The notes beneath the pieces were generated by a model. That model was not told the DNA's origin and did no database searches. It saw only the letters and a program-made list of their open reading frames with translations. DNA of 32,836 nucleotides from Nitrospirota bacterium (GTDB taxonomy: Bacteria; Nitrospirota; UBA9217): assembly GCA_963796285.1 (NCBI GenBank), contig CAWCKW010000005.1, forward strand, positions 1-32,836, in the 5' to 3' direction. Shown piece after piece: positions 28,705 through 32,836 of this stretch. Each line of letters begins with the position of its first letter. Position 1 is the stretch's first letter. Made by a program: the position numbers and the translations under genes.

Positions 28705-31700
28705 ATGCAAAAAGACCTCTTCCTCGGTATCGATATCGGTTCGGTGACCATCAAGACCGCACTCTTCGATAGGGACAAGACGCTTCTCTCCGAGACATAC
28801 ACCCGAATCAAGGGTGACCCGCTCATGTCCCTCGAGAACGAGCTTCGGACCCTCACGTCGACAATTTCCCGAAAGCAACATCATTGCAGCCGGCATCACC
28901 GGCAGCGGCGGCAAGCAGGTTGCCGGGACCATTGGGGCTTTGTTCATCAACGAGATACTCGCCCAGTCAGCCTTCGCCGGCAGCTATCATCCTGATGCGC
29001 GAACGATCATCGAGATGGGCGGAGAGGACGCGAAAATCATCACCCTCGCCCGCGATGCGGTCTTCTCAGGGGGTCAGGATAGAAGACTTTTCCATGAACG
29101 CGGCCTGCGCTGCGGGCACCGGGTCATTTCTCGATCAGCAGGCCTCACGCCTTCACCTCACCATAGAAGAGTTCAGCGCCATCGCCCTCAAATCCAAAAA
29201 GCCGCCGCGTGTCGCGGGCCGGTGCAGCGTATTCGCCAAGAGCGACATGATCCATCTCCAGCAGAGCGCCACACCGGATTACGATATTGTGGCCGGGCTT
29301 TGTTTTGCCATGGCCAGGAATTTCAAGGCAACCGTGGGCAAGGGCAAAAAGTTCCATACGCCTCTTTTGTTTCTCGGCGGCGTGGCCGCGAATCTCGGCA
29401 TGCGCAGGGCCTTCCGCGAAGTCCTCGTCCTGTCGGAATCCGATATGACGGTACCCGAACACTTTACCACCTCGGGCGCGATCGGTGCTGCGCTCATGGT
29501 CATGGAACAGTCCCGCACGCCTGTTCCGTATCGAGGCGTGTCCGCGCTTGCCGCCTGCCTCTCCGCACGAGAAACGATCGCGCATTCCGGCGTAAGCCCC
29601 CTTGCCAGTCCCCGTGGCATCATGCCGAACCCGGACTGCGATGCGACACCGGACGCGGACGGCCTGATCGAGGTCTATCTGGGGGTGGATGTGGGATCCG
29701 TCTCGACCAATGTGGTCGTTATCGACAAGAACATGCGGGTGCTGTCCAAACGGTATCTGCCCACGGCAGGCAGGCCGATCGAAGCGGTCAAGCAGGGCCT
29801 TGCGGAAGTTGGCGAGGAGATCGGTTCACGGGTGAAGATCCTTGGGGCCGGCACCACGGGTTCAGGAAGGTATTTAACGGGTGACATGATCGGCGCCGAC
29901 GTGGTCAGGAACGAGATCACGGCCCAGGCAACTGCCGCGGCGGCCATCGACCCCGCGGTGGACACCATCTTCGAGATCGGCGGACAGGACTCGAAATATA
30001 TCAGCCTCCGTGACGGCGCGGTGGTGGACTTCGAGATGAACAAGGCCTGCGCCGCGGGCACGGGTTCGTTCCTTGAAGAGCAGGCCGAGCGGCTCGGTAT
30101 CCAGCATCAAGCAGGAGTTTGAGAACAGGGCGTTCCAGGCGGAATCGCCCTGCCGGTTCGGCGAGCGCTGCACCGTGTTCATGGAGTCCGACCTGGTGCA
30201 CTCCATGAACACCGGCTCGGGCGTGGAAGAGCTTACCGCCGGGCTCGCCTATTCCATTGCCTATAACTATCTCAATAAAGTCGTGGCAGGCAAGCATGTC
30301 GGGGACCGCATCTTCTTCCAGGGCGGCGTTGCCGCGAACAGGGCTGTCGTGTCCGCATTTGAGACGATCACGAACAGGCCCATCACGGTCCCCCCCCACC
30401 ACGAGGTCACCGGCGCGATCGGAGTGGCCATCCTTGCCATGCGCGAACGTACGGGAACAAGTACCTTCAAGGGTTTTGATCTGAGCAAGCGCGCATACAC
30501 GGTGACGAGCTTCGAGTGCGCCGAGTGTGCGAACCGCTGTGATATCCGCAGGGTGGTCTTTGGCAGCGAGAAGCCGCTCTTTTACGGCAGCCGGTGCGAG
30601 AAGTATGATGTAAAGAAAAGGACGTCGTCATCCGTTTTGCTGCCGGACCTGTTCGCGGAGCGGGAGAACCTCCATATCGCCGCGACCGCACCCCATCAGC
30701 TTGCAGAGCATGCACCGAGCATCGGTATCCCGCGTATGCTCTACGTGAACGATTTTCTGCCGTTCTTTCAAACCTTCTTTGCCGAGCTTGGTTACCGCGT
30801 GGTGCTTTCGGAGCGCACAAACCGGACATTGATCAACCGGGCGCTCGAGGCCACCGTGGCCGAGACTTGCTTTCCCGCCAAGGTGGCGCTCGGACACATT
30901 CAGGATCTTATCGATAAAAAAGTGGACATCCTGTTCCTACCGAGCTTTATCCGGCTTCCCGCATCCGGGGACCAGGAAAGGAACGTACAGGCCTGTCCGT
31001 ATGCCCAGGCGTTGCCGTATATCGCCAGGTCATCGGTCCCTATGGGCAGCATCAAGGCAATCGAACCAGTCCTCTATCTGCATGACGAGCGTCATTTCAG
31101 CAAGAGCATGCAGGCGCTGGGTGCATCACTCGGGAAGGGCAGGGCAGCGGTGAAGAGGGCGCAGCATCGCGGCCTTCAAACGCAGGGAAAATTTCTTCAT
31201 GCCGTTGAGGAGCGCGGTCGTGCCGTCCTTGCCGCGATCAAGCCCGGAGAAAAGGCACTCGTGCTTATCGGCCGGAGCTATAACACCTGCGACCCCGGTG
31301 TGAACATGAACCTGCCTTCCAAGATCCGGGACCTGGGTATCCAGGCCATTCCCATGGATTTTCTTCCGCTGCACAGCGTGGACAGCATCGGCCTTGAGAA
31401 TATGTACTGGCTCTCGGGGCACAAGATCATGGCTGCGGGGAGGATCATCCGGGAACATCCGAACCTCTACCCTCTCTATCTCACGAACTTCGGGTGCGGA
31501 CCCGATTCGTTCATTACGCACTTCTTCAAGGATGAGATGTCAGGAAAGCCCTTCCTCCAGCTCGAGATAGATGAGCATAGCGCCGATGCCGGGGCGATCA
31601 CCAGGATCGAGGCATTCCTGGACAGTCTCAAAAATGCGGGGCAGAGCAAACCGCGCGGGTCCGTCTCGGTCCAACGAAGGGGGTCCAGACCGCTCCACGA

Positions 31701-32836
31701 AAAGAAGGTGTATTTCCCGCCCATGACCGATCACGCGCATGCGCTCGCCGCGGCGTTCAGGGCCTGCGGCGTGGACACCGAAGTATTGCCCGAATCGGAT
31801 GATGAAACCGTGCGGATCGGCAGGGAACACAGTTCGGGCCGCGAGTGCTATCCTCTTGCCCTCACTACCGGCGACATGATCAAGGCAACGCGCATGCCCG
31901 GGTTCGATCCGGACAGAAGCGCCTTCTTCATGCCTGCGGGGAGAGGGCCCTGCAGGTTCGGCCAGTATAACCGCTACCACCGGCGGGTGCTGGACAAGCT
32001 GGGGCTCGACCGCGTGGAGGTCCTCTCACCCATGCAGGACGAGTCGCTCCATAAAGACTTCCGTGTGCTCGATAAGGATTTCGTGCTTATGTTCTGGCGC
32101 GGAGTGTTCGCCGTGGACATGCTTCAAAAGGCGCTCTGGGAATGCCGGCCTTATGAAAAACAGCAGGGACAAACGGACCGGGTCTATCAATCCGCGCTGA
32201 ACGCGGTGACCGCTGCCATTGAGCGGAGGGGAGACCTCCTTCCGGTGCTGCGCGGCGTGTATGAAGACTTCTCCGCCATCGGGATCACCGAACGCACTAA
32301 GCCGGTGATCGGCGTCGTGGGCGAGATTTATATCCGCTCCAACCGGTTCAGCAACGAGGACGTGGTACGCCAGATCGAGAAGCTCGGCGGCGAAGCCTGG
32401 GTCGCTCCCATTTCCGAGTGGATCCTTTACGTGAACACAACGTCCAAGGCGTCGGCAAAGATGAACCAGTCGTGGAAGGCGCTGCTCAAGGCATACATGA
32501 CCGGCTGGGTGCAGCACCGGGATGAGCGCCGGCTCCTGGGCGGGTTCAATGGCAACCTCCGGAGCCTGCACGAGCCGAGCATTGAACGCACCCTGCGCCG
32601 CGCCGCGCCCTATATCCACCATTCCTTCGAGGGTGAGGCGGTGCTGTCCGTGGGCAAGGCCATAGACTACATCAACCGCGGCGTCTCGGGCATCGTGAAC
32701 GTGATGCCCTTCACGTGCATGCCCGGCACGATCGCGACCGCCGTATTGAAGCGCGTGCGCGAAGAACACGATAACATCCCCCTCCTGAACATCGCCTATG
32801 AAGGGCAGGGCGACTCTCAGACCCTGACCCGGATAG
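28705..32836 (+). CDS. CoA-substrate-specific enzyme activase fusion (two BadF/BadG/BcrA/BcrD ATPase domains + DUF2229-type domains); frameshifted, 3'-truncated
   Basis: LGIDIGSVTIK, TGSG, EMGGEDAK, MNAACAAGTGSFL, RCSVFAKSD; second LGVDVGSVSTN, EIGGQDSK, MNKACAAGTGSFL, RCTVFMESD; later CFPAKVALGH, NFGCGPDSF, GPCRFGQY, MPFTCMPG; frame still open at the window end. Confidence 0.9.

Noticed and set aside
32834-32836. Terminal TAG as the activase stop codon
   Set aside because: Out of frame: the coding frame reads ACC CGG ATA G.. (T-R-I-) and continues past the window.
1-32836. CRISPR arrays, tRNA/rRNA genes, transposases or integrases
   Set aside because: No regularly spaced repeats, RNA-gene signatures or recombinase motifs were seen by eye.

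Overview
Bacterial window, mostly + strand, probably from an anaerobic Nitrospirota- or Desulfobacterota-like organism (inferred from gene content only). Many genes are broken by single-base indels that look like assembly errors. Bases 1-20.8 kb form a mosaic region. It holds glucan mobilisation and phosphoketolase genes (pgm end, glgP, GH13, zwf, HAD, ackA, xfp) interleaved with nitrosative/redox-stress genes (qNor, ferritin-like protein, ferredoxin, two hemerythrin-like proteins, HMA protein, alkA). It also shows three internal duplications: DUF2945 twice, a dead HMA 3' fragment and a dead xfp 5' fragment. An AT-rich orphan and an AsmA-family gene follow. The most notable item is missed by the ORF track: an exported DsbA/thioredoxin-fold protein (24007-24594) with an in-frame TGA at the first active-site Cys (U-P-H-C), followed by a hairpin resembling the E. 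coli fdhF SECIS, so it is very probably a selenoprotein. It sits behind a near-consensus promoter and a long structured leader. Downstream are a divergent diheme CCP/MauG-family protein, lacking the usual bridging Trp and the heme-2 Met/Tyr ligand, and an fdhE gene. The window ends with a DUF4388-DnaJ-TPR gene (- strand) and a large CoA-activase fusion that runs off the end.
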